This document shows positions 30,603-39,190 of a DNA stretch of 64,000 bases, one piece after another. A program made the position numbers and the translations under genes. Each line of letters begins with the position of its first letter. The stretch's first letter is position 1. The notes under the pieces were generated by a model. It was not told where the DNA came from, made no database searches, and saw nothing but the letters and a program-made list of their open reading frames with translations. Origin of the DNA: a virus; the IMG/VR virus record IMGVR_UViG_3300046535_002148, positions 70,640-134,639 of that record; one strand, given 5' to 3'.

Positions 30603-32138
30603 TCAAGTCCACCGCTCGACCCACGCCAGACCACCGACGTCCAGCAGGCGCTGGGCGCGGGTGACCGCGACGTAGGCGAGCATCAGCTCATCGGGATCGA
30701 GCTCGGGGAGGTACCCGTTCTCGTCCTCCTCCGGCTCCCGGTCGGCGAAGTCCATGCTGATCCGCACCGAGTCCCACTGCCGGCCCTTGGCCCGGTGGGC
30801 GGTGGAGACCACGACGTCGGCTGCCATCTCCGCAGCGAGCGCGCCGTCGCCACGCAGACCGTGGTTGGCGGTCTTGCTCATCGCCTCGATGACGCCTTCG
30901 GGCCGGTAGTCGTCGATGAGTCGGACCCAGGTCTTGAGGTCCCCGCCGTCATGACTTTCTTCGACATATTCCTGGACCTCCGCCCAGGTCTTGAAGACGA
31001 ACAGGTCGCGGTGCGTGGTGGTGCCGGTCTTCATCAGTTCCTCCGCGGCCCGAGCGAACGCGACGACCTCGTCGGTTCCGCCCACCACGGCGACGCTGCG
31101 CCCGTCCTGGTGACAGCGCAGGACCTCCTTGACCACCGCGGCGTTGGTCCGGCACAGCACGGCCTTGGCCGCGGTGCCGAGCGGGCGGATCTCCCCGGGC
31201 TTGTCGGGATCGCCGGGCAGGACGCGCAGGTCGGCCCTGAGCAGCTCGAGCCACTTGTTGGCCTCGTCGGCGATCGCCTGGCCGAACCGCCAGGACTTGG
31301 TCAGGGTGCGGTCGTGCCGGGAGTCGAAGCTGTTCATCGCGTCGATCGCGCCGCGCCATCGGTAGATCGCCTGGTTCGCGTCCCCGACGACGACGACCTG
31401 GCAGCCCTGGCGCTGGAGCAGGTCCACGATCACGCCGTTCGCGTCCTGCCCTTCATCGAGCAGCACGTAGTCGTAGGGCAGTCGGGGCCGGGTCAGACAG
31501 AAGGCCTTGAGGTAGTGGTCGTGGGAGAAACGAAGTTTCCCGTCCGGACTGGACAGGTCCTCCCATGCCTGTTCTGCCCGCGGCACGATGTAGCGGGCCA
31601 GTTCGCGGCGCGCTTCGACGGTGTCGATGCGGGTCACGCCGGGGACGTGCCACTGGTCGATCTGCTCGTCGCCGGTGTAACAGAACCGCTGGACGGTTTC
31701 CATCGCGATGCGACCCAATTGTGGTGCGGGCATGACGATCCCGGCGAACTCCTGGAACTTCTTGATCCCGAGGATCTCGGCGGTGACCTGCGGTCGCACC
31801 CGGCTGCCGTTGAGCCGGTTGCGCAGGGCGTTGCCGCCCCAGGCGCGCGCTGCCCATCCGTAGGCCAACGAGTGGGCGGTCTTGCACTTCACGTACTCGG
31901 GGAAATCGAGCTGGGCCTCGTCAGCGATCGCCCGGTTGTAGGCAAGGTAGAGCCCGTTGCGGCCGGGGTGGACCCTGCTCATCATCTTCAGCGTCGACGT
32001 CTTCCCCGAGCCGGCCAAGGCGCTGATGGTCATGTTCTGCCGAGTGGCGAATGCCTGGATGCAGGCGTCCTGCTCGGAAGTGGGGCGCGGGCCGTGGACG
32101 GCGGGCGCGGTGGGGTCACTCTCGGCCTGGATCTTCAC
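30603..32138 (-). CDS. UvrD-like SF1 helicase
   Basis: ALAGSGKT, LAYN, TAHS, LLDEGQD, VGDANQAIYRWRGA, LTKSWRF, STAHRAKG, YVAVTRA. Confidence 0.9.
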   Translation of the reverse strand: MKIQAESDPTAPAVHGPRPTSEQDACIQAFATRQNMTISALAGSGKTSTLKMMSRVHPGRNGLYLAYNRAIADEAQLDFPEYVKCKTAHSLAYGWAARAWGGNALRNRLNGSRVRPQVTAEILGIKKFQEFAGIVMPAPQLGRIAMETVQRFCYTGDEQIDQWHVPGVTRIDTVEARRELARYIVPRAEQAWEDLSSPDGKLRFSHDHYLKAFCLTRPRLPYDYVLLDEGQDANGVIVDLLQRQGCQVVVVGDANQAIYRWRGAIDAMNSFDSRHDRTLTKSWRFGQAIADEANKWLELLRADLRVLPGDPDKPGEIRPLGTAAKAVLCRTNAAVVKEVLRCHQDGRSVAVVGGTDEVVAFARAAEELMKTGTTTHRDLFVFKTWAEVQEYVEESHDGGDLKTWVRLIDDYRPEGVIEAMSKTANHGLRGDGALAAEMAADVVVSTAHRAKGRQWDSVRISMDFADREPEEDENGYLPELDPDELMLAYVAVTRAQRLLDVGGLAWVERWT

Positions 32139-32668
32139 GTGGCGCTGTGCTCCTGAAGGAATGCCTCGACGTCGTCGAGGTGATGGGGCTGGAGGCCTCG
32201 GCGTGGGTCGGGCTCGATGAACAGGTGCGGCGGCAGTCGGCCTTCGTTGGATTCGAAGAAGCCCTTGAACTCCGTGATCGCCTCGTCGTCGGTCCAAATG
32301 ACGGGGTGGCCGGCCTGCATCACCTCGACCGCTGTCAGGCCCTTGGCGTAGTGACGCGTCCTGACGGTGACGTCGCGCAGGTGTTCCGAACCGATCGGCA
32401 GCCGCGGGAACCCCATGAGCTGTTCGACCTGGTGGGTGTCGAGGAGTTCGGGGTGTGTGGTGCTCATGCACCAGGTGCTCGACCAGCGCAGGTCGACGTC
32501 GAAGGTCTCGCGCAAGTGCAGGATCCGGGCGACCAGTCGCGGCGCCCAACGCATGCGGAAGCCGTTGCCCTGGGAATAGGCGATGCCCTGACGTGGAGCC
32601 TCACCCCAGCCCGGCTTCTGGCTGGTGTTGATCACTCCGTCGATGTCGAGCAGCCAGACGGCTCGCAA
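32135..32668 (-). CDS. HAD-superfamily protein (RNA-repair-associated HAD type)
   Basis: LLDIDGVIN, WSSTW, IWTDD motifs. Confidence 0.75.
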   Translation of the reverse strand: MRAVWLLDIDGVINTSQKPGWGEAPRQGIAYSQGNGFRMRWAPRLVARILHLRETFDVDLRWSSTWCMSTTHPELLDTHQVEQLMGFPRLPIGSEHLRDVTVRTRHYAKGLTAVEVMQAGHPVIWTDDEAITEFKGFFESNEGRLPPHLFIEPDPRRGLQPHHLDDVEAFLQEHSAT

Positions 32669-32739
32669 GGTCCCTCCCTGGGTCAGTTGCCCAGGCTAGG
32701 GATTTCCGCCGACACGGCCTTCGGGAAAACGGCCGGGGC

Positions 32740-33114
32740 TCAGGTGCACTCGCAGTAACGCCAGGTCCAGCAGCCGTCCTTCCAGATCAAGTCGATGCGA
32801 CCGTCGTGGAGAGGGAAGGTGGGTCCGTCGTAGGCGTCCTGGATGGCGGTGTGCGCCAGACTCATTGCCTCGAGCGCCACGCAGTAGTCGACGTCTGTGA
32901 CCTGGTGGTGGAGAGGCAGCTGCCCGCCGTCCCAGTCGGAGTGGGCGAGCGCGAACCCTTCGCCGCAGCTGTTGGCCTGGACCTCGCAACCTGCAGAACA
33001 GACCATCCGACAGCCCTTGGGTCCGGGCCCGAGGCATTCCAGGTGGGCCGCGATCGCTCCGTGCTCGGTGATGGTCCAACTGATCTCGTGCACGGCGACC
33101 TCTTCTCGGCCCAA
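32740..33114 (-). CDS. Hypothetical protein
   Basis: Cys-rich 124-aa ORF. Confidence 0.45.
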   Translation of the reverse strand: MGREEVAVHEISWTITEHGAIAAHLECLGPGPKGCRMVCSAGCEVQANSCGEGFALAHSDWDGGQLPLHHQVTDVDYCVALEAMSLAHTAIQDAYDGPTFPLHDGRIDLIWKDGCWTWRYCECT

Positions 33115-33228
33115 GCTCCCGAGCTGGCTTCGGAGGGAGCGGGGTCATCCTGTCACCGGCAGAAATTTCCGGCCAGGTGGGGCCGGGCAATTGTTCTACC
33201 GTCGGGAGCGACCCGAAGGAGGAATCCC

Positions 33229-33879
33229 TTGACCGACCCGGATTACACCGCCATCGCCCTGGTGGTCGACCGCTCCGGCTCGATGGCGTCGATCGCCACC
33301 GACGCCTCCGGTGCCATCTCGCACTTCATCAAGGACCAGCGCGAGCAGCCCGGTCGCACCACCGTGAAGCTCGTCCAGTTCGACGACCAGTACGACGTGG
33401 TCTACCCCTCGACCGACATCCACCAGGTGCCGGAATACCAGCTGGTACCGCGCGGCAACACCGCCCTGCTCGACGCGATCGGGCGGACCGTCACCGACTT
33501 CGGCCACGAGCTGGCCGCGCTGCCCGAGGCCAACCGGCCCAGCACGGTCATCGTGGTCGTGCAGACCGACGGGCTGGAGAACGCCTCCCGGAACTACGGC
33601 CGGGAACAGATCGCCGGGATGATCCAGAACCAGGAGGCGAACTACGGCTGGAAGTTCGTGTACCTCGGCGCCAACCAGGACGCGATCGCCGTCGGCCAGG
33701 CCATGGGCTTCCATGGCCACTCGACCATGGACTACATGGCCTCCGGCGCCGGCGTCCGCGGCATGTCTGCCGGGCTGAGCAACTACGTCAACAACACCCG
33801 CACGTCAGGGACCTACGCCTTCACCGATGCCGACCGTCTCGCGGCGGTGGCGCCGGAGGACGAAGGGAAGCCGGCCTGA
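33229..33879 (+). CDS. vWA-domain protein
   Basis: TTG start after AGGAGG. VVDRSGSM, PRGNTALLDAIG, QTDGLENAS, YLGANQDA. Confidence 0.85.
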   Translation: MTDPDYTAIALVVDRSGSMASIATDASGAISHFIKDQREQPGRTTVKLVQFDDQYDVVYPSTDIHQVPEYQLVPRGNTALLDAIGRTVTDFGHELAALPEANRPSTVIVVVQTDGLENASRNYGREQIAGMIQNQEANYGWKFVYLGANQDAIAVGQAMGFHGHSTMDYMASGAGVRGMSAGLSNYVNNTRTSGTYAFTDADRLAAVAPEDEGKPA

Positions 33880-33928
33880 CCGATTCCGCCCATCGCCCCG
33901 GGTCGAGCCGGAGCGATGGGCGGAGCTG

Positions 33929-34414
33929 TCAGAGCTCGCGGGCGATCGAGTCGCAACTGGAGACCGCGACGCCGAGGTCCTCCTCGACCTTCAGCTGCTG
34001 GATCACGCCGTCCACGGCCAGCAGCGCGTAGCGCCTGGACCGCAGTCCCAGCCCGAAGTCGCGACCGTCGAAGACGAGGTCCATCGCGTGGGCGAAGTCG
34101 AGGTTGCCGTCGGAGAGCATGAGGATCCGGTCATCGACACCCTGCGAGATCGCCCAGGCCTCCATGACCCACGGATCGTTCACGCCGATGCAGGAGACCC
34201 GGTGCACACCCCGGCCCAGAAGCGAGTCCACGCCGGAGATGAAACCGGGAAGGTGCTGACGCGAACAGCCCGGAGTGAACGCCCCCGGCACCGCGAACAG
34301 CACGTGTCTCCCGACGCCGAACACCTCACCGGTGCGGATCGACTCGGGCATTCCCATGACGTTCAGGACCTGGACCTCTACATCCGGGATCCGGTCCCCG
34401 ACCACTACTGCCAT
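33929..34414 (-). CDS. Peroxiredoxin (Prx5/Redoxin family)
   Basis: FAVPGAFTPGCSRQHLPGF, VNDPWVMEAW, RSRRYA. Confidence 0.9.
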   Translation of the reverse strand: MAVVVGDRIPDVEVQVLNVMGMPESIRTGEVFGVGRHVLFAVPGAFTPGCSRQHLPGFISGVDSLLGRGVHRVSCIGVNDPWVMEAWAISQGVDDRILMLSDGNLDFAHAMDLVFDGRDFGLGLRSRRYALLAVDGVIQQLKVEEDLGVAVSSCDSIAREL

Positions 34415-34788
34415 GCCCTGGTTATCGGCCCCTACTGGCCACGTGCCGAGCTGGTGCCGCCCACGATCGAGGAGTACCTGATGGAGCCCTGGCGAGACCC
34501 CGACGCCCCGCAGTGCAAGAACACTGCAGCGCGCTGCAACCACGTCCTGAGCGCACACGACCCCGCCAGCGGCGAGTGTCTGGTCCAGATCTGCGAATGC
34601 CGTTCCTGGCAGCCCTGAGACCGCTCCCGCCCGCAGCCCCTTCCGTTCCCCGGAGGGGGCTTTCGTGGTCTCCGGGGTCCGTCAACCCGTGACCGCGAGC
34701 CTCCGAAGCTGGCTCGGGAGTTTTTCGCTACCACGGACAGGCCGCGCGAGCGTGACGACGACGCCGACGGGGCCCTCCGGCCGCGGCG

Positions 34789-34794
34789 TAGGTT
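34789..34794 (+). promoter_or_regulatory. Candidate -10 (TAGGTT) for the Y RNA-AAA-rsr transcript
   Basis: TANNNT ~50 nt upstream of unit 1 and ~70 nt downstream of a palindrome copy. Confidence 0.4.
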
Positions 34795-34842
34795 CTAACC
34801 AGTCGCAGACGCCGAAGACCTCGGCTAGCGTCAAGCAACGAC

Positions 34843-34974
34843 GCCGTGGTCGGTGCGAACGGTCGGGATACTTCTGTTACTGGTTCGAGTCCGGTCTCGG
34901 GAGCCACTCCCGAGAAGCTCAATTGGCTGAGCAAGGTTCACGCCTGACCGGATCTGATGGTTCTCGACCACGGC
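34843..34974 (+). ncRNA. Y RNA-like (YrlA-type) unit 1
   Basis: Outer stem GCCGTGGTCG/CGACCACGGC, CGGTGCG, TACTTC. Permuted tRNA core: T arm ACTGG-TTCGAGT-CCGGT, acceptor hairpin CTCGGGA-GCCAC-TCCCGAG, D arm GCTC/GAGC. No anticodon loop. Confidence 0.85.
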
Positions 34975-34980
34975 TGCACG

Positions 34981-35137
34981 ACCGCACAGGTGACTGATCG
35001 GTGCGTAGGACACGGGATACTTCTTTCGGAAAAAAAGGCGATTCCAGTTCGACTCTGGGCCGCTCCACTCGTGGGGCGGGGTGTGGACCTAGTAATTTCC
35101 CGAGTTCGCCTGGATCTCGATCGGTCTCCTGTGCGGT
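34981..35137 (+). ncRNA. Y RNA-like unit 2 (degenerate permuted tRNA cargo)
   Basis: Long outer stem ACCGCACAGG..GATCG / CGATC..CCTGTGCGGT, CGGTGCG, TACTTC. T loop TTCGACT, acceptor hairpin CCGCTCCAC/GTGGGGCGG. D arm replaced by a short loop. Confidence 0.8.
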
Positions 35138-35160
35138 TGGGCCTTCGACCGCACAGTCAA

Positions 35161-35303
35161 CCGCTACCGGTGCGCAGGAACTGGTTACTTCCCTTGCATG
35201 GAGGGAACGCGGGTTCGAATCCCGCCTGGAGTCCTCGTGGCTCCTGTCGACCAGCGGCCTAGGTCACCTACGTTCCCAGCTCCGACCTTGTCCTCGGTGG
35301 CGG
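35161..35303 (+). ncRNA. Y RNA-like unit 3 (complete permuted tRNA cargo, UGC anticodon)
   Basis: Outer stem CCGCTACCG/CGGTGGCGG, CGGTGCG, TACTTC. Anticodon loop CTTGCAT, T arm GCGGG-TTCGAAT-CCCGC, D arm GACC/GGTC. Confidence 0.85.
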
Positions 35304-35320
35304 CTGCCCTATTCCCCTAA

Positions 35321-36838
35321 TTGACGGAGCATCAGATGGAACCGATCGAGGCCGACGGCCAGATCATCGTGAAGCCCAAGACCGCGGCCCAAGAGGCCGG
35401 CAGTGCAGTGCTCAAGGAACTTGCGCGACTCGGCGGCAACCTCACCACCGAGGACGCCCTGGAGTTCCGTGGCAAGAAGATCGTCCTGCCGGAGTCGATG
35501 AGCGGCGACGTCAGCGCCGCCATCAAGTGGCTCAAGGAGCACCAGGAACAGCAGGAGCAGAAGCACATCTTCCGCCGCGTCTTCAAGTACCGACCGCTGG
35601 ACGGCGCCCACGCCTTCCACCAGGTACTGAAGAAGGTCTGGGGCAACACGGGCCTCGGCAAGCCGATCAACACCATGTTCGGTCCGATCCCGCCGGCGTT
35701 CATCACCATCGACGTCGGCGTCAACGAGACCGCCCAGGTGCCGCAGAACCGCATCGACTTCCCGCCGCTGCAGGCCGAGATCTACTGCGAGGACGCGGTC
35801 GACCCCGAACTGGGTCCGCTGTTCGAGCTGATCATCGAGGCGCCGCGCAAGTTCCGCGGCCACATCGAAGGTCTGTTCATCGCGATCGAGCAGGAGCTGC
35901 AGCACCACTCGATCTACAAGGGCAAGGCCATCACCGGCGCCACGGTCCCGGCCTTCATCGACACCTCCAAGGTCGACCCGGACAAGGTCGTCTACTCCCA
36001 GGAGACGCTGACCCAGCTCGGCGCCAACGTGTGGTCGGTCCTGCGCCACGGCGAGGAGATGAAGAAGCTCGGCATCTCCCTCAAGCGCGCCGTCCTCCTC
36101 GAGGGTCCGTTCGGGACCGGCAAGACCCTGGCGGCGTTCCTCACCGCGCAGGAAGCGGTCAAGGCCGGCTGGACCTTCGTGTTCTGCCGCCCCGGCGTCG
36201 ACGACCTCGACCGCACGATGAAGACCGCCCTGCTCTACGCACCGTCGGTCGTCTTCTTCGAGGACATCGACGTCCTGGCCGAGCGCGGTGACCCCGAGGC
36301 CGTACAGAAGCTGCTCGACACCTTCGACGGCATCGGCGCGAAGAACCAGGACTGCATCGCGGTCCTGACGACCAACCACGTCGACAAGATCCACCGCGGG
36401 ATGCTGCGCCCGGGCCGTCTGGACGCGGTCATCCACATCGGCGAACTGGACGCCAGCGGCATCGAGCGGCTGATCCGCGTCAAGGTCCCCGAGGACCGTC
36501 TCGGTGAGCTGAAGATGGACGAGGTCTGGGACGCCATGAAGGGCTTCCTGCCGGCCTTCGCCGCCGAGGCCATCGACCGGGCCATGCGCTACCAGATCCA
36601 CCGCACCGGTGCCCTGGGCAAGCTCGAGACCACGGACTTCGTGGCCGCGGCCCTCGGTCTGCGCCCGCAGCTGGACCTCATGGAGGGCGCCGGCGAGGGA
36701 CAGCGCACGCCGACACTGGACGCGGTGATCCACAAGGCCGTCCGCGGCGCCGTGCACGAGATGGTGCTCGTCGACCGCTCCGGCGGACGCAGCCACCAGC
36801 TCGACGGCCAGGGCGACCCGGTCTACGCCGCCAAATAA
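35321..36838 (+). CDS. Classical AAA ATPase with long N-terminal domain
   Basis: Walker A GPFGTGKT, Walker B VVFFEDID, SRH TTNHVDKIHRGMLRPGRLD. Confidence 0.9.
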   Translation: MTEHQMEPIEADGQIIVKPKTAAQEAGSAVLKELARLGGNLTTEDALEFRGKKIVLPESMSGDVSAAIKWLKEHQEQQEQKHIFRRVFKYRPLDGAHAFHQVLKKVWGNTGLGKPINTMFGPIPPAFITIDVGVNETAQVPQNRIDFPPLQAEIYCEDAVDPELGPLFELIIEAPRKFRGHIEGLFIAIEQELQHHSIYKGKAITGATVPAFIDTSKVDPDKVVYSQETLTQLGANVWSVLRHGEEMKKLGISLKRAVLLEGPFGTGKTLAAFLTAQEAVKAGWTFVFCRPGVDDLDRTMKTALLYAPSVVFFEDIDVLAERGDPEAVQKLLDTFDGIGAKNQDCIAVLTTNHVDKIHRGMLRPGRLDAVIHIGELDASGIERLIRVKVPEDRLGELKMDEVWDAMKGFLPAFAAEAIDRAMRYQIHRTGALGKLETTDFVAAALGLRPQLDLMEGAGEGQRTPTLDAVIHKAVRGAVHEMVLVDRSGGRSHQLDGQGDPVYAAK

Positions 36839-36881
36839 TCCAGTGGCCGTCGCCGGGTAACCAGGGGAAGCTCGGCGACAT

Positions 36882-36995
36882 GAGTCCGGTGCGAGACCAG
36901 GAGATACTTCTGTCGCCAGCTGGGCCTTCAACAAGCCTGGCACCCAAGGGGAAACCTGACAGGTCCCCGACTCCAGGTCGCCTGATCTCGGGCTC
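36882..36995 (+). ncRNA. Y RNA-like unit 4 (non-tRNA cargo)
   Basis: Outer stem GAGTCCG/CGGGCTC, CGGTGCG, inner stem GACCAGGAG/CTCCAGGTC, GATACTTC, CCTGATCTCG. Confidence 0.75.
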
Positions 36996-37014
36996 CTAGT
37001 ACTTCAGCAACACC

Positions 37015-37137
37015 GCACCTCCCGGTGCGAAGACCCACGGCTACTTCGGAAAACAACCTGCCTCCGGGCTCGGTTCAGGTGGTTCAAATCCACCAAAGGC
37101 AACACCAGCCGTGAGTTGACCTGTTCTCGGGAGGCGC
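37015..37137 (+). ncRNA. Y RNA-like unit 5 (T-arm-containing cargo)
   Basis: Outer stem GCACCTCCCG/CGGGAGGCGC, CGGTGCG, CTACTTC, T arm GGTGG-TTCAAAT-CCACC, CCTGTTCTCG. Confidence 0.75.
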
Positions 37138-37301
37138 AGCCCCAAGGTGGGCCGGTGCGCAGACATCGGTTACTTCGCCTGTGGAGCCGTGGGTCGCAGG
37201 TTCGAGTCCTGCCGCGCCGACCTGGTCTCGGCGTGTAGCTCAGTCGGTAGAGCAACGTCAGTTCCGACGTCGACCTGGTTCTCGGCCCACCCTGAGGCTG
37301 C
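37136..37301 (+). ncRNA. Y RNA-like unit 6 (complete permuted tRNA cargo, GUG anticodon)
   Basis: Outer stem ...GGTGGGCCG/CGGCCCACC..., CGGTGCG, TACTTC. Anticodon loop CTGTGGA, T arm GCAGG-TTCGAGT-CCTGC, acceptor CGCGCCG/CGGCGTG, D arm GCTC-AGTCGGTA-GAGC. Confidence 0.88.
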
Positions 37302-37328
37302 GCCTCCCTTCATGGAAGGCGATCGAAG

Positions 37329-38921
37329 ATGGCAAAGTTCAACAGCGCCACCGCCACGAAGACCCGCGCCCGCGGCCCGATCAAGGCCAGCGCCACCAAG
37401 ACCACCGTCACCCACGAGGGTGCGCCGGCCTACTCCCGGGACGCCAAGAGCGACCTGTTCCTCCTCGCCGTCTCCAACATGGTCGGAGAGGCGACGTTCT
37501 ACGAGTCGGCCAGCGACCGGGACAACCGCTTCGGCGCCCTGGTCCGCCAGGTCGCCGTCGAGGACTTCGACTGGTTCTCGGTGTTCCTGCCCTGGCTGCG
37601 CGCTGAGGGGAACATGCGTTCCGCGCCGCTGGTCGCCGCGTGCGAGGCGGTCAAGGCCCGCCTGGACGCCGGCCTGCACGGCGGCAACCGCCAGCTGGTC
37701 GACACCGTCTGCCAGCGCGCCGACGAACCGGGTGAACTGCTGTCCTACTGGATGAACACGCACGGCCGGGCGGTCCCGAAGCCGGTCAAGCGTGGTGTCT
37801 CCGACGCCGCGGCGCGGCTCTACAACGAGCGCTCCGCGCTGAAGTACGACACCGACGGCAAGCCCATGCGCTTCGGCGACGTGCTGGAGATCGCGCACTG
37901 CTCCCCCGCGGCCGACAAGCCGTGGCAGGGCACGCTCTACAAGCACCTGATCGACCGGCGCCACAAGCGCGGGGAGGAGATCCCCGACAGCCTGCAGACG
38001 CTGCGGACCCGGGCCTCCTTGATGGCACTGCCGGTCGAGCAGCGTCGCCAGTGGGTGGACGGCACCGAGACCTCCCGGGCTGCGCTCAACGGCGCCGCCA
38101 TGACGTGGGAGGCGCTCGCCGGTTGGCTGCAGGGCCCGATGGACAAGGCCGCCTGGGAGACGGTGATCCCGAACATGGGAATCATGGCGCTGATCCGGAA
38201 CCTGCGGAACTTCGACGAGGCCGGCGTCAGCGACAAGGTCGCCAACGAGGTCATCGCGAAGATCTCCGACCCGGAGGTCGTCGCGAAGTCCCGCCAGTTC
38301 CCGTTCCGCTGGTACTCCGCCTACAGGAACGCACCGAGCCTGCGGTGGGGTCACGCGCTGGACCAGGCGCTCACGCAGTCGACCAAGAACATCCCCGAGC
38401 TCAAGGGCCGCACCCTGGTCCTGGTCGACACCTCCGCATCCATGAACGGCATGGGCTACTCCCGTCGTTCGGAGGTCACTCCGGCCGTGGCCGCGGCCCT
38501 GTTCGGGGTGGCGGTCTCGGCGCGCTGCAAGGACGTCGACCTGCACGGCTTCGCGACCGGGGAGTTCCGGCACGAGACCAAGAAGGGCGCCTCGGTGATC
38601 AAGGAGGTCGACCGGTTCGTCAACCGCATCGGTGAGGTCGGGCACGGCACCGACATCGCCGGCGCGGTCCGTCGGACCTACAACGGCCAGGACCGGGTCA
38701 TCATCATCACCGACATGCAGACGATGACCGGCGGCATCGACCAGCTGGTGCCGCAGCACGTCCCGATGTACGGCTTCAACCTTGGCGGGTACGCCCCGAC
38801 GATGCTGCCGTCGACGTCGACGCGGGTGGAGATGGGGTCGCTGACCGACGCAGCCTTCCGGATCATCCCGATGATCGAGGCCGGTAGGGATGGCACCTGG
38901 CCGTGGGACGATCAGGACTGA
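37329..38921 (+). CDS. rsr: Ro60/TROVE-domain RNA-binding protein (Rsr ortholog) with C-terminal vWA
   Basis: THEGAPAY, LFLLAV..TFYE, GNMRSAP, QRADEPGE, MALIRNLRNF, SRQFPFR. vWA LVDTSASM, GTD, IITD. Confidence 0.92.
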   Translation: MAKFNSATATKTRARGPIKASATKTTVTHEGAPAYSRDAKSDLFLLAVSNMVGEATFYESASDRDNRFGALVRQVAVEDFDWFSVFLPWLRAEGNMRSAPLVAACEAVKARLDAGLHGGNRQLVDTVCQRADEPGELLSYWMNTHGRAVPKPVKRGVSDAAARLYNERSALKYDTDGKPMRFGDVLEIAHCSPAADKPWQGTLYKHLIDRRHKRGEEIPDSLQTLRTRASLMALPVEQRRQWVDGTETSRAALNGAAMTWEALAGWLQGPMDKAAWETVIPNMGIMALIRNLRNFDEAGVSDKVANEVIAKISDPEVVAKSRQFPFRWYSAYRNAPSLRWGHALDQALTQSTKNIPELKGRTLVLVDTSASMNGMGYSRRSEVTPAVAAALFGVAVSARCKDVDLHGFATGEFRHETKKGASVIKEVDRFVNRIGEVGHGTDIAGAVRRTYNGQDRVIIITDMQTMTGGIDQLVPQHVPMYGFNLGGYAPTMLPSTSTRVEMGSLTDAAFRIIPMIEAGRDGTWPWDDQD

Positions 38922-38936
38922 CAGCCTCCGCAGCGA

Positions 38937-38970
38937 GAAGCCCCCGCACCGAGTTTGGTGCGGGGGCTTC
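38937..38970. terminator. Bidirectional hairpin terminator after rsr
   Basis: 14-bp inverted repeat GAAGCCCCCGCACC/GGTGCGGGGGCTTC between convergent genes. Confidence 0.75.
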
Positions 38971-38971
38971 T

Positions 38972-39190
38972 TCAGCTCTCCTCGTCACCGTGGCCGAGCA
39001 GGATGGCGACCACGGACTCGGCCCATTCGTTCTCCCCGCCCCGTGACCGCAGCCAGACGTCCAGGGACGGCCGGTCCAGTTCGGCGATGTCGAAGGAGCC
39101 CCACCGGCCGTCGGGGTCCTTGGCGCGGACATAGATGCCGGTGATCCCGTGCAGTGCATCGTGCCGTGCGGGGTCGATCAGTAGCTCCAT
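38972..39190 (-). CDS. Hypothetical protein
   Basis: 72 aa, TGIYVRA...WGSFDIAELD. Confidence 0.5.
   Translation of the reverse strand: MELLIDPARHDALHGITGIYVRAKDPDGRWGSFDIAELDRPSLDVWLRSRGGENEWAESVVAILLGHGDEES

Noticed and set aside
34896-34914. Extra copy of the 20-bp operator (CTCGGGAG..CTCCCGAG)
   Set aside because: Half-sites are in the reverse order, and the sequence is the acceptor hairpin of Y unit 1
34843-37301. CRISPR array or ordinary tRNA gene cluster
   Set aside because: No identical direct repeats or cas genes. tRNA arms occur in permuted order inside closing stems.
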